DNA of 64,000 nucleotides from a virus (taxonomy: Duplodnaviria > Caudoviricetes), in IMG/VR virus record IMGVR_UViG_3300028833_000075, positions 64,001 to 128,000 of that record; one strand, 5' to 3'. The position numbers and the translations under genes are program-made. The notes beneath the pieces are model-generated. The model was not told the DNA's origin, made no database searches, and was given only the letters and a program-made list of their open reading frames with translations. Numbering within the stretch: position 1 is the stretch's first letter; each line of letters starts with the position of its first letter. Of the stretch, positions 1 to 15,000 are shown piece after piece.

Positions 1-3000
1 TAGTAAGACCCTCCTGAAGAATAATGCTTTCCGAGAGAGCTGCTTGCTTTCGCTTTTGCTTCATTAGGGGAGCTGGCTTTAATAACGTAGTTTGTACGGA
101 ATCCTCTGTCGTCATAAACTTCGTAATATTTACTCTGATCTGTTGACGTGTTCGAAGAACTACCGCCGCCTCCTCCGCCACCTCCGGCGTTAATGATAAT
201 CTGAGGTATTTTATATTCTTCATTTTTTGCAAGTTGTTTCTGGTAAGAATCATACAAAGAAGCATAGCTTCCGGTAACAGAACTGTACTGATCGTTTGGA
301 TCGTAGTTAACAGCATCCGGATCGATCGATTTATCTCTGAAATACATATAATCCAGACTGCTGGAATACATACCGAGAGAATAAGATCTGTCCGCAATCC
401 TGACATCATAAGTATAATCTTTCAACTGGTCAATCGCGTCAACGACTTCGTGATTGTGATCAAAGGAAGCGTTATCAATGGTTGACTTAGTGTAATTGTC
501 ATACATCTCGCTCCATTGATTTTCAAGCAGCCACCGGTCTGTTTCGGAACCATTGAGATATTGCTGACTTTGCTTCATATATTCAAGGAATGTATCCTTG
601 GAAGCCATCGTCACATCAATTTCTTCCCAATATGTATCGGTAAGACCTTTCATCTTCTTCCACGTATCTTCCCAGCCTTGCTCCATTTGAAGTCTTGTTT
701 CATCTGTGGCATTCTTGTAGTTCTCATCGTGCTCACGCATATAGTTTACGTAATCTTCGAACGAACCGTTCATAATCACATCCATTTCATCTTTGAAATT
801 ACGTGCGTCTTCAAGCATCTCTCCGAGGTTTTCTTCGTAGATTGCCGTATAGTCGCTATATGCGTTAATCTGATCGTCGATCGCCTGCGTTGCCATTTCG
901 GCTTCCTTTGTTGCAATGTCCCAAGACAGTTCTTTCTGAAGATCGGTAATCTGTTTACGCAGTTCCTTTGCTTCTTTAGTCCTGGTTGGGTCAGCAGAAA
1001 TTAAGCCAAGCTGGCGCTGAAGTTCTGCAAGACGTTCGTATTTTTCTTCTTGATCTGCGGCGTTCTTTCTTGCGTTGAGCCGTTCGTTAATCAGGTTCTT
1101 TTCTTCGTTAAGCGCTTGTTTCTTTCTTTCAATATCTTTCTTAATCAGATTCCATTCGTCTGTGTATCTTTTTCTGATCTGAGCAAGTATAGAATCTTGA
1201 ATATTAACAGTTCCTGCGAGCATTTCACGTTGTAAACGAATCCGGTCTTTAATTTCTTTATCGACGGTCTGTTCAAGAGTCTGTTGAATTTTATGAATTT
1301 GTTCAACATTCTTCTTAATAGACTCTGTGTTTTTATCAATTGTTTGATTCGTGGATTCCAGCTGCTCTTCCATCTTCATAATCTCGGAAGTGATCTTCTT
1401 GTAGTTTTCGCTTCCGGGCTTAGTGACCTCTTGTTGTTCTTTCAGTAAAGCAATCTGTTCACGAATAAGATCGGCCCGCTTTTCCTGCTCTTCATTTTCT
1501 CTTGTCAGCATTGTATTCTGATTCGTCAGTTCGCCGTTGTTTTGGTAACGGGTTTCCTCGAACTGAATCATCTTAATATTATGCTGAGCAACCTCATCTC
1601 TTTCGTTAAATCTTTCTATAATATGTTCCAGCTGATCCTGTTCAAGCTGCCGGACAAGATTCTCGTATGCTCCTTCCGTGGAGTTAATGGTTTCTCTGAG
1701 TTCGAAGATCTGCTTGTTTAAATCTTTCCATTGAGTTCCGCCTTCTTCGAGAGCGCCGCCGTTCAGTAGTTCCTCCATATCGGCAAGTTTTCTCCGGGAG
1801 AGATCCAGACTTTCGTTTGTCAGATTCATTTCTTCACGGATCATATTTTGATAGTTAGCAAAATCGTTATCGTTGTCATATCTTTCGGCGGTTGTTTTCG
1901 CCATATTAATCTGATGTGCAATAGCGTCTTCTGCCTGAGCGTAGCTGTTCACGAGCTCTGTAATATAGGACTCCTGAATAGCTTCGTTGTTCTCTTGAAC
2001 GGAAGACGTAGCTGTTGCAATAGCTTCTTCGTATTCAAAGACAGCGTCTCTTGCGTTATACCACGCCTGAGAGCCTTCTTCCAGTGTAGCCATCTGAGCC
2101 TGCAGCTCTGCAATTGCCGTCTGATACATGGCAACGTTCAGCTGATAGTAATCATTATTCTGAGCTAAAGTACTACGATATGCTCCGAACTGTTCATTCC
2201 TCTGATACATGCCACCCCAGGTAGACAACATGTTTTGTTCATGTGTTACTGGAGCCATAGCATTCTGAAGATCCGTAGCGATCTGAGAAACAATTGCTTC
2301 ATTTAAAGCGTGGGTATCTTCAAGAACTTTGTTTTCAAGTTCTGCATTTTGTTCTTTAATCTCCCAGATCTTATCGCGGACGTTCATCCAGTTCTGAGAA
2401 CCTTCTTCATATTCCTTGATAAGATCTTCCCATTCTGCCATCTGAGCATTATTCATTGCAATATCGGTACGATAGTTGGCAATCTGTTGCCTTGTTACAA
2501 CAGCGTAACTCTCAAACTGGCCGCGATCCATGTAGTTCTGAGCTTTTAACTGAAGCATAGATGTCGCATGAGAAAGCGGTTTATCCTCGTATCCTTGTTT
2601 TGTTTCTGTAATATTAATCTTTTTACCGTTGATTTCATCAATAGTATCGGTAATGCCTGCCATTGCTTCGCGGGTAGAATCAATTGATTCCTGAAGCTTA
2701 TACCAGTCTTCCGAACCTTCCTTAACGGTTTCTTTCATCTTTTCCATCTCAGCCATATTAGCTTCGTATTGACTATATAATGCTTGCTGAGCATTCATTT
2801 CATCGTTTAAAGAATTAATATAGCTTTGATAATCATTCATGCGCTCATAATGCGTTTCCGCTTTTTGAGACATGTTCACGAAATGCTCACGGCGTTTAAC
2901 GTAATGTTGCTGACCTTCAAGGAGCGCATCGACTTTGGACTTGCCGCCGCCTCCGCCTCCTCCGCCTTTATAGCCGCCTCCGGCAGAACGGATATTACTG

Positions 3001-6000
3001 CTTGCAATGCGAACACTATTTCCGTTTCCGAAAGCTCCGAACGTAACAGAACCTTCCGTTCCGGCTAACGAAGCAATAATTGCATTAATAACACGTTTAG
3101 CTTCACCTGTTGCTTCTGCGGCAACAGCTTCAAGCTGACCGATGTCATACGTTCCGTTAATATTGAAGTGAGGGCCGAAGTCTTCAATCGGAATGTCCCC
3201 GACTTCGCTTTCGATACTTTCGATAACGGCATTTACATCATTGATAATCGCCTGTTGGTCAGCTTCGAATTCCAAATCAAGTTGAGCTTTCGCTTTAAGC
3301 GGATTAGCTTTAACCTGTTCTTCGGTCCAGCCAAGGTATTCAGCAAGGCTCTTATTACTTACTTTGCTTGTACCATAGTTTTCTTTGAAATATGTAGCTT
3401 TAGCGAATGCATCTCTGTTTGCAGCCATCTGCTTTTGCGCTTCAAGCTGATCTTTTGTAGATCCTCTGAGCTGTTTGAAGCGGCTGATTACCTCATCTGT
3501 TTCTTTTTTATACGGACGGAATGCTTTATTTTTTAGTTCGATAAGTCCATCTTTGAAATCTTTATCCGCTAAAATAGCATTTTCAACTGAACCGTAATAT
3601 GTTTCAACGGCTTCAGCTGCTTTATTAAACAGATCTCCGGGTTCAAGATTAGCTAAATCTTCCATTTTAAGGCCGTACTCTTCCAGAGCCATAGATGCAG
3701 CGAGCCACATATCTGCACCTTCGATACCTTGAGTATAATCTTTGTATGCACCAATAGTATCGTCTTTATAAAATCCTCTTAAATTCCTGTCTTGACTATT
3801 AAGTATTTCATCGAGCTTCTCATAACGGTCGTAATCAGTAAGACCAATGCCGCCGTTTTCAAGATTCTGCATAATAATTTTAGCATATTCTTTATCTTGA
3901 TCTGTCAACTCAGACGCCCAATCAAAAACACCTGGATTTTGAGGTACGACACCTTCGTGCTGTAGTGCATATTGATTTTGTTCTGCAAAAGTTAATCGTT
4001 GAAATGCGTTATATTCTTCTAATTGTTCGTCGTATCTTACTCTGGCGTTTCGAACGGCTTGGGCTAATTGTTGGTTCCCGGTAACCTGGCTAAGAGCTTC
4101 AAAGCCTTTTTCTTCGATTCCTTCTCCTTTAAGATATTCTTGCGCTCTATCGTATGATTCTCCTGTTGTAAGAACTTCCTGTATCTTTTTATATGCTTCA
4201 GAAGCATTTGCAACGGATTCTGCAAGAATTCTAAATTGAGCATCTAACTGTTCTCCTGATGCAGTAACACCAGAAAAATCAAGCTTTCCGTTTTCACCAA
4301 TAGCTACACCAAGGTCTTCAAACACTTTGCGAACATCATCTGACGACTCAAGCAAATTCTTCCAGTCATCAGCGTTTCCTTGTCCAAGAACATCCATAAG
4401 CTTTCGAACATTATCAACCTTTTGCCCATCAAGTTGAGCAAACAGATTATTAGCTGCAATACCAGCCTTATTGTTTTGCTCATATCTCACGTTAGCGTAA
4501 TTTAACGCTCCGGCAAAAGATGTTGCTCCAAGCTTAGCTCTATTAAGCCGTTCTTGTTCTTCTGCGTCTATCTCTGCTTGTCTGGCTTCTGCTTCAGCAA
4601 GGGTTTTGTATTCTGCTGCGGAAGCTCTGACTGCTGCATCTGTTGAATTTAATCTGTTTTGATATTCTTTTCCGTAGAACCCAAGAGATTCATATGCAGC
4701 GTTGTAGAGTTCTTTGTCGAAGTTAGCTCCACCTTCAAGAACAGAAGCGTCTCCTCTGATTAATTTTCTGGCATAAGATGCTTTTTGTAAATCAGTATAG
4801 CCAAGTTTTTGTCCTGTAGCAGGATTAATCCAGTCTTGATCTGGGACGCCGATGTCTGTCCATTGGCGTAAATTTAATCCGAAGCCAAGGTTTCTCGCAA
4901 TCTTTTGGATACGATTTCTATCACTCCAATTAGCATTAGTGTATTGAGTCCATAATTGTTCGCCAAGAGCTTTTCTTTGCTGATCGGCCATATTCTCGGC
5001 AAGTTCCATATTGGCTTCGTAGTTGGAATAGAATTGCGTTGAATCCATTCCGAGGATAGACATTGCGGCTTCGTCTTTCTCCGCTTGTGTAGATCCGTTT
5101 TTAAACTGAGAGTATTGTTGCTTAGTGGCAAAAGCATTGTTTTGAATATTAAGTATTTCGTCGAGAGCGATCTTTCCGCCTTTACGAAGCTTCTCAACTG
5201 AAGCGGCTGTGCCTGCCAGTAAATCTCCTGTTTCTTCGAGAGCCTTAAGTCCTTCAACTTCGATAGAGATTTCAAGATTGTTCTTATAATTATTAAACTG
5301 CTGCAATAAAGTCGAAAGCAGCTCTTCTTGGTCTGATGTAAGAGGTTCTTCTGAAGTTAATAAAGCGAGAAGTTCAGGAGCTCCGGAAAATCCTTCAAGA
5401 TATTTTTTTGCAGATTCTTTTGAATATCCAACTAATTTGTTATCTTGAATGTATCCGCTAAGTTCTTTTATACCGGCTAACTTATCACGATTTGTTAATC
5501 CATTAATACCGTTGCCGTAATTTGTAATTAATCGATTAATTAGCGATTCGTCTCCGTTTTCATATCTTCCAATTTTATCTAACAATTCATTTCCGATAAT
5601 TGGTTGAAGTGCAGTTCTTTCTTCTTGCGTTAATACAGGTCTATCAGTTTTTTCAACAGCTTCATTATATTGACTCTGAATTTTATCACGTTGTTCAGTA
5701 GCCTCTGTTTGTTTTGTCTCTGCAACATTTCTGGTGCGTAAAATTCCTTCATTGTCTTTGTAAACCTCAGTCTTGTCTGCAGGTATGTTTTGAGCTTGAC
5801 GAACGGCTTCTTCGGCGTCTTCAAGTTCTTTCTTTAATTGATTAACACCTGCGGCTTCATATGCCTTTTCCTTTTCAGCTTCAGAATGATACGCGCCTTG
5901 ATTTAATTTTGTTAAAGCTGATCTTGCAATATTAGCTTGCGTTTTTTGTTCAACGTATCCGGTATTATTATATAATCCGGATCTATTAAGAACTCTTCTT

Positions 6001-9000
6001 AATTGCGCTATACCATCAGGAGCGTTAAAAGTTCCTGTTTCTTCATCGTATGTACCTACAATTGAATTAAAAACTTCCTGAAAATCAGGATTGTTCATAG
6101 CTAAAGATTGCAAAGCCGTATATGCTTCACTGTTTGTGTTGGCAAAATTCATAAAATCAGTAATATTATCATAATTATCAAGTTGAGATATAATGAAATC
6201 AGCGCTAACAGCAGCTTCATTTTTCTCTTCCCATCCTTTTGGCTGAGAATAAAATTGATTTAATCCTAAGATTCTATTGGGTACAAGCTCATAATCATTT
6301 TTTATTTTTTCTGCTTCTTGGTTAATCTCATCTGCTGCGTCTTTAATGATCTTACCTCCGGCATCAATATAATTTGAAATTGCTAACGTAAGATCTTCAG
6401 GGGCTGCATTTTGAATTTTTTCAAAATTCGGATCGTTCACATCAAATATTTCACTATAATCTACACCTCGAGAAAGATAATCATTAATGACGTCGGTTGC
6501 CATTTTGTTATATCTGCTTTTGTATTCAGCTTGAGCTTGCTCGGGTGTGATACGTTCACCGTTTTTATTATAGTATGATCCACGAGACACCTGATCTAAC
6601 CTGGCTAAACCTTGAGTTTCTGCGCCCTCTAAGTAATCGTTTTCAACTTGCGCCACAAATGAATCGTAATTAAACCCATCAGCTAAACCATAGTGACGAA
6701 CCACGAATTCATCAAGCGTTTCATTTTCTCCTCGTAAAGAGTCTAAATACGATCCAGACATTTTTATTTTATTTGTAACTTCTTCGGGTAAGAGACCTTC
6801 GGTAGATGCTGCAATAATATCACCAATAATAGAACCAGTATCTGCAACATAATGTGCCTCTCCGGGTAAATCACCTTGTTGCGTCGAAAGCCAAGTACCA
6901 TATGCTTGTGATAAAACTCCCAGGTTATATAAAGATATGCTGTTAAGTAATTCCTCATCTTTTGGATCGGACACACCCAAATAGTGGCTTCTGTCATTAT
7001 CAAAATCAATATAATTTCGGTAATAAGTACGAATACCACTTAAAGCATTTTCCATTTCCTCTGTAAATTGTCCGGCATCTTTATATGTTGTTTCAAGATA
7101 ATCTAAAAATCCATCTTCCCAAGTAGTATTTCCATAATAAGAGAACATTTCTCCTAAGTTTATTACTTTATCTCTTTTTGAGCCTTCTCCATTAAAGACA
7201 TCAAGAAAAGTACTTTTAACTTCACCGTTTTCAATGCGGAAATAATTTTGCAATTCTGGAGTTATCTCTTCGTTTCCGTTTTCATTGGTTTCATATAAAA
7301 CAAGAGTGCGTGCAGATTTCTCTGTTTTAGTCGTAAGCTCATCGTTTAACGTTCCGCTTACAAGGTTATCTTTTATGGCTTTCGCTTTTATCTCTTTTTC
7401 TTTTTGCTCTTCTCTGTCTTTAAGATCTTGATAATATTTATCGAGATTATCAGATGAGGTTGTCGATATTTCGCCTAAAAGAGCAATACTGCTTGAAAGA
7501 TCTTTTAATCCGCCGCTGGAATCAGAAATAGATTGTTGAAGCTCATCACTTATTCCGACGTCGACCGCGAAAGATTTTAGGATCTTTCTATATTCATTTA
7601 TCTCATCCTCAGTTTTTGAATTACCCTTTTCGTACAAGACTTTAGCTCTGTCTAAACTGCTTTGTTTGCTGTTTTTACTAAATTCTTTGGCTGTATCTTC
7701 GGTTACTTTTGCATATGTTTTCTTTTCAGATGCAAAAGAAGATGAAGATGAAGGAGATTGAACATTTTGTAAATAAGCTCCTGCTGCAGCTCCAGTCGCA
7801 GCGCCGACAAGAGCGCCAACCCATCCGAATTGTGCACCTTTAATCGCGCCAATTAATCCTAGAATAACCGGGGCTAATAGTTTCATCTGAGACAACCATC
7901 CGACAATCTGACCAAGTCCAGTGATTATATTCGCAATACTTTCAGCAAGAACTTCAAATTGGCCGGTGTCGACCATTTTGTTGACCATTTCATCCCAAGC
8001 TGTACGAACTGTATCGATAGACGCCTGAAGACTATGCATCCGAATTTCATTCTTTTCATCAACAATACCTTCGGATTTTCCAGACAGTTGCATATACTCG
8101 TCGACTTTTCCTTCAGACATTCCCATCATAATCGCTGAGAAGTTTGAATACTGACGAGTGCCTGCAATTGCATTTGCAATTTGTTGCTGCTCGGCATCTG
8201 TCATGCCTTCCCATTTTTGAGACAATGCGTACAATGTGTCGTATGTGGATTTTTTATTACCTTGCTGATCATACATTTCGATGCCTTGTTGCTTAAGTAA
8301 TTTAGCAACAGCAGAGCCCGAAACAGCATTACCATTTTCGTCATAAATAAGTTCGTTTGTACCGATCTTATTCATGCGACCGATAATAGTATTTAATGTA
8401 CGACCTGCAGTATTACCGCCGATCTGGGTTGTAGAAGTAATAGCAGTAAGCATTGAAGCAAGTTCTGCAAAAGTGGTTCCATCTGCAGCCGCTGCAGCAC
8501 CAGCCTTTTCGATACCTTTTTCAATTTCTGATGCATTGGTAGCAGCGCTATCGCCTAAAGAAGTAACAATATCTGCTGCTTGACTTGGATCGGTTACCAA
8601 TCCGGTATTCATAGCAACAGTAATCAATTTAGTTGCGGCGTTTACATCAGTGCCGGAAACTTTAGAGAACTTGGTAATAACATCCAGTCGTTCATCAACT
8701 TCTTCGTCGCTTAAGCCTTGACGATAAAGAGTTTCGGCAGATTTTGTTATCTCGCCAATAGAAACTTTTAACTCTTTTGCTTTTGCGATTAATCCGTCTC
8801 CCAATGTTGACATTTGCGAATCAGATTTTAAGGTAATCATCTGAATCGATGTCATAGACTTGTCGAATTCTTGAACAAAGCGTTTTGCTTCATTAATCGC
8901 TTTCATAAAAATCTGGCGACCAAGTCTTTGCATGACGCGAGATAATCCAGTATTAATTTTACTGAGTCCCGCAGACATAATAGACGATGCGCCGCCAAAC

Positions 9001-12000
9001 TTATTCATCTCGTTAGTTGTATCTTGTATTGCGCTTTTATAACCTGCGATCTTTGTTTCAGATTCTTTAATCTGTCCAGCTAATTGTGCTCCTTCTTTAC
9101 TTTTTTGCTGTTCAGGTGAGAGTTTATTAAAATCTTCACGATAGCGCTGAAGTTTTTCTTCTTCCGCTGTTTTATTTAGATTAAGGGACGCTATCTGCTG
9201 TCCGAGACTAAACCTTTGATCTGCATCGCTTCTAAGTTTGTTGATCAACATAGAGCCGGGTTGACCATATCTATTTCTCCGCCTAACGGCAGCAGCATGT
9301 TCTCTTTGCTGATGAGCAAGATCGTTTTGCGTTTCCATGCGACCAATTTGTTGGTTTTGTATATCAATCGCTCGATTTTGATTAAACATCATGTTTTCGG
9401 CGATTTCATCTTTTCTTCCTGCCCAATCACCATTATAGTATCCATTTAATCTATCATACATATCCTGCATGAATGGCTGTTCAAACGTTCCATCTGGCTG
9501 TTTATATTGCTCTAAAGCCTTCATTTGATTGAATACTTCGAGCCGTTCCTGATCTGCTTGAAGCTGAGCGCCGATTTGCATACGTGCAGTAGGTGTTTCT
9601 ATTTTTGTGAGAGCTTGTTCAATTTCAGATTTTCCAATCTCGGAAACACTTTCTTGCACAGCAGATGAAATAGGTTGAGCATCTGGAGTCTCAGCGGAAG
9701 CTGGAATTTCTGTTCTTACTTGGTCTGCGGTTGCCTGAATAGCCTGTCTTGTACCTTCTGTGATAGCTTCCCCGATTTTTCCTGCATTAGTTGATTGAGG
9801 AACTGGTATTTGTACAGGAGGAATATTCTCTGCAGCCGCAAGACTTGCATCTCTCTCTTTACTTGCAGCAGCCATTCCTTGTTCGTATGTGCTTAATATA
9901 TTTGAACGTTCTGTAGCAAGAGTCTCTTGCTGTTTAGTTAAATCTGCAACTCTTTGTTCTGCGTCTTGAATCTTTTGAGCTCTGTCTCCAGATTGGGATT
10001 TATATGCATCTTCTAATTTTCTTTCAGCAGCAGCTTTTTGGACTTCAATCGCTTCGCGCTGCTCTTGGTTTTTAGCAAGGACCGCGTCTCTGTCCTTTTC
10101 TACATCGTTTATTTCCTTGTTGATTGCGGCTGTTTGTTCTTTTGCAATTATTTCTTTGTTTTCTTTTATCTGAGTATTATATTTATTATTTGCTTCATCG
10201 TTTGCTTTATCTCGATCTTTTTCTGCTTTCTGTAGAGATTCTTTAATCCTTGTTTCTTCTTCTTCTGTAGATTTTATGTTTGTGTCATGTATTTTGCGGA
10301 TGTTTTCTTTTTGCCTTTCAAAATTTTCCGTTCTGTCTGGACTTGAATATTCAGATTTTATTGTTCGTTCCTTTTCGTACAAAGAACTTTCTCTTTTTTC
10401 GTATCTCTCTTTTTCTTCTTCATATGCCTTAGTTTTTAATTCGTTTTCAGTTTCTATTCTTTGTCTGTATTTTTCATCTGCATATGCTATATCCTTACCG
10501 TGATCTCTATTTGCGGCTTCTATTCTCCTTTGTTTTTCATATTTATCGTAACCTGTATAATCATCATTTTCTATTCTAGCAAGTTTTTCTTCGAGAGATA
10601 AATCGGCAGCAGTATAAGCTTTTTCTCTTCGTTCTTTATATGTTTCTAACGCATTATTATAATTATCTTCGATTTGTTTCTCGTTTTCTATATTTTTTCT
10701 ATCATTATCTTTCCGTTGAGCTTCAATGTCAGCTAAAGCATCATTTAATCCCTTTGTTTCTTCGCTTTCTATCATTGATAAAGCTTGTTGTTTCGACGAT
10801 TCTTCTTGAGCTTTATAATTATTTATTTCAGTTAATCTATCTTTTAATGGTTTAATTGTTTCTTCGTATTTTGCATTGTTTTCTGCAATAGATTTATCTC
10901 TTATCGCTTCAGCTTTTTTATTGGCTTGTTCAAGCTCTGGGCTAGTTTCTGCCTTTTCTTTTTCTTTAATCCCGTTGAGTTTCTTTTGTGCATTTTCTTT
11001 AATTTCTTGATCAGATTGTTGTAAAGCTTTGAGTTGATCATCAAATGTTGTCGGCAACGTCCCTTTTTCAGCAGCAGGTAAAGCTCTAAGCTCATCTAAA
11101 CTTTTCTGCGCAGCGGCAAGATTCGTTGCAACTTCAGCCTCTTTTGGAGTAAGCTCACTAAGCTGGGAATCCCTGCTTGCTTGAAGTGCTGCAGCTTTTG
11201 CGTCGTATGAAGTTTGAGCTTTTGCTTTTGCTTCTTGGATAGACACTTGCCTGTCTGCTTCAGCTTTTTCTTGAGCTGCTTTAGCTTCTTCAGCTCTCTT
11301 TTGTTCCGCCTCTAAAGCGGCCTGTCGTTCTGCTTCGGCTTTTTCTTGAGCGATTCTGGCTTCTTCAGCTTTTCTTTGTTCTTCTTCCAGTCTCTGTTGT
11401 TCAGCAAGACGTGCTTGTTCTTCTTCCTGTAAACGTTCTTCTTCTGTTTTCTGCGGAGGAAGTTGTTGAGAGGGAAGGGGAGTAGTAGCAGGAACGCCAA
11501 GAGCTTTAGATGTGCTAAGACGATCGATAAGTGCCTGTGCGTTCATCGCGACTTTAGACCTTGAAACTAAACTTTCTTGTTTTAATTCTGTTCTATAATC
11601 TTCTTCGGTTGCTGAATTAAGCATTTCAGTTAATCGGTTGTAGTCATCTTCTTTTATAATGTCGTTTTGATGCAGATTTTCTAATGAGGTTAAAATCTGT
11701 TCTCTCTGTTGATTGAAGGCGGCAACTCTTAAAGATATTTTTTGATCAATTGGCGCATTTTTTCCCATTGAGGATACGAGAATTTTTTCAACATCCATTT
11801 GCATGGATTTTGTTGCATCTTCAGAAAGTATTTTCTCATAACTTTCTTTCATCTCTTCGCTTGCTTGAAGTTGTTGCTCAGCTTCTTTTAATGCCTTTTC
11901 GTCTTCTGGTGTTTTATTTTCTTTGTTATACAAAAGATTGTATGCAGCTTGCGCACGTTCAAAATCTTCATCAATTGATTTTCGTTCATTTAAAATACGT

Positions 12001-15000
12001 TTAGCACTGCTTGTTGTATTATGTGTATATATTTTCTCAGCAATGCTTTCGGAAAAGTTTGCAAGATCTCCTGTCGCTCCAGCTCGAAGTGTTTTTTCAA
12101 ACTGTTCGCGGCCTGTGTTAAAACTAGTTTGAAATAGTGCAATTTCATCAGGCGAAGCATTACGGTTGCGCATCCTTGTTGTAACATCCATATATCCTTC
12201 AGGAGAATACATATATGCATAATTATCCCACTGAGACCTGCTTGGTCTTGTTTTATCATATCCTAACTCTCTTGAACGAAGTTTGTTTTGTATCGCCTCG
12301 TAACGTTCAATTTGCTCATCAATGTAATTTCTATTGGAAAATGCGCTTGTTAATTCTCCGGTATTTTGTACTCCTACATTAACCCCGTTCGGTATTGGTG
12401 CACCGGCTGCAGTAGCGGCCTGTGTGATAAACTCCGAAGACAACGGGCCACCAGAAGGCATTTGACGAACAGATCCACGGACAACATTTGGAAGTAAATA
12501 AGGATCGAAATATCCATTAAGAATTTCTCCTAATATGTCTTTTTTCCCAGCCAAAGGTATTATTGCACTGCTAATTTTTGCCATTCGGTCTTCAACCGAT
12601 GAAACGAGTTCTGGTGTTACTTCTATTGATTGAGTTTCCAATTTTCCGCCTTTATAAGAAATAATTCCAGCTCTTTGTGCGCCATTGGCACCTGCATAAA
12701 CAACAGGCTGATCAAATTTGTGGACGCCGATCAACGAAGAGTCGTGATCGAATCCATTCTTTAAGTCCCAGTTCGTTCGAACACCATTTGCATCTTCCGA
12801 AACAACATCGACATAGCCAATGGTTTTTAATCGATTTCCGTTTTGGTCCGTTCCAAAATTTGGATGCACAACTCCGCCATTCTTTTCCGTTCCTACAATC
12901 TTTTGGTCTCTAAGTAAATTCGGGAATTGCTTTGCCGCTTCAACAATTTCTTTATACCGTGTTTTTACTTTTTCGTCATACAAAGGACTATCTTCTGTTG
13001 GAAGTTCAGGGAATAATTTCTGACGAGTATCTGGATCCTGCCAATTCTTCAGATAATTATTTACATAATCGACCATTTCTTCAGGAGTTCCATAATCCTC
13101 ATTATTCTCCATTCTTCTTTTTGCCCAATATGATTGAGTTTCATGAAGAGCTGTACCGAGTAATTGAATAGGTGTTGTAGGTTTTTGCTCGTTTTCTATA
13201 TATTTTTTATACCAATTAAGCGGACCTGCTGTTTCTTTTTCTATAGAATGAAGCTGCGACCATGAAAAATTCCTGCTAAGTAAATTTTGAATTTGTTCCG
13301 ATGTGACTGCTTTTTCAGCGCTTGCTTTTTGTGCAGCCAACAAAGCTTCATCTCCGCCTGAAATAGCGTTCATTCTTGCTTTAATTGCATCTTGTTCTGC
13401 ATTAAAACTTTGATCAAATAAGCTTGTTTCTCCTGTAACTCTACCTTTAGCTAAGCCAGAAAACGGAATAAATCCTTCTCCTCTTAATTTTGCTTGTTCT
13501 GTTAATCCAAATTCTTTTAAATGACGCATCCGTCCGCGTTGAAATTGCACATCATGTAATTGATCCATCCAAGAATTTATTTTATCTTTATTTCCGGGTT
13601 CTGTTATTTTTGTTTTTTGAAGTTCCGTATTAACAAGCGTTTCCCAATTTGCCAGATAACCAAGCATTTCATCTTCGTCTTTTTGAGACACAAACTGAGC
13701 GCGGTTTGATACAAATTGAGCCATTACTTCATTGTTTTTTCTTAAATATTTTGCTTTGGCTAAATCTACAGGGTTTTCAGAGTTTTCTAAATTTTTTATT
13801 CCTTGTAAGTGTTCTTGCATTTGGATGAATTGATTAATAATATTATCGCTATAAGGATTATCCATACCTGCAGCAATAGCACTTGTCGTTAAATTCGAAT
13901 ATCTTGATGGGAAGTTGACTTGAGAAAAATCTTTAACCTTTGAAAAATCTCCTTCTTCTATAGCTCCTTGCAGGTTTTTAAACATACGAACATAAGGAGT
14001 TCCCATTTTTCTGGCTTGATTTGCAGAATGTGACCATTTTGCAAGAATTCCTGTCTTAGCAAAAGTTGTGTCGATATCATACATTGCCCGAAGATCAACG
14101 CCTGCTTGTTGTGCAAAGCGAGCCCACTCCGGATCACTCCAATTTCCCTGGGCTAAAGCATCGTTAGCGTTAGAGACGGCCGCCATATCGAAAACAGAAG
14201 CAGCTTTTCTATATAGAATGTCGGCATAATCAGAAGCTTGTACTTTTCTGGCTTTTCCGTTTTCTGTAAGTGGGATATCGTCGTCACTTTTAACGGACGT
14301 ATTTAGTTTTTCAATATTTTTTCCTCTTGATTCATACGTGCGCTTTACGGTTTCGGCTAACTTTTTTCTAACAGCTTGAATTGTATCTCCGTCAACATCT
14401 CCACCGCCCATCTTTTTTATCGTATTCATGTTGACTATCATTGCATCTCGGCTCATTTGATATTTATCAAGCGCATCAATATACTCTTTTGAATTAAGTA
14501 ATTCAAACTGTTCTCCGAGATTATTAGGATATCTCCATCCGCCAAGTTCAAGTGTATCTGCCCATGAAGCTAAAGCGACTGCATCTGCGTCGCCTTTTCC
14601 TTTCAAACTCAACGCGTTAGCAAGATGTGTATTTTTAGGTCGTAATTTTACTTTTTGCTTGCCCGCAATCGCAGAAATTAATTCAAAAGGATTGTTTAAT
14701 GCTAACGCATTTATAGCGTCGCCTTTTGAATATAAACGTTGATTACGTCTATCGTCCATAGCTTTTAAAATTGCATCATCTACTCGCTTTCTAGCTTCCG
14801 GATCTGAAAAAAACAAACTTTTATCTTTTTGAACTCTTTGAGCGAGCGGATCGTCCGGGTTTGAGAACAACATATCTATTGTTTTGGCCGGATTTGTTCT
14901 AAGTGTTTGGATGTATTCATTCCATTTTTTGTTATTGCTTTCGATTTCTTCCGGCGTCAAATCTAAGTTTTGCGTCACTTGTCTTGAAATAGAATCAGTT

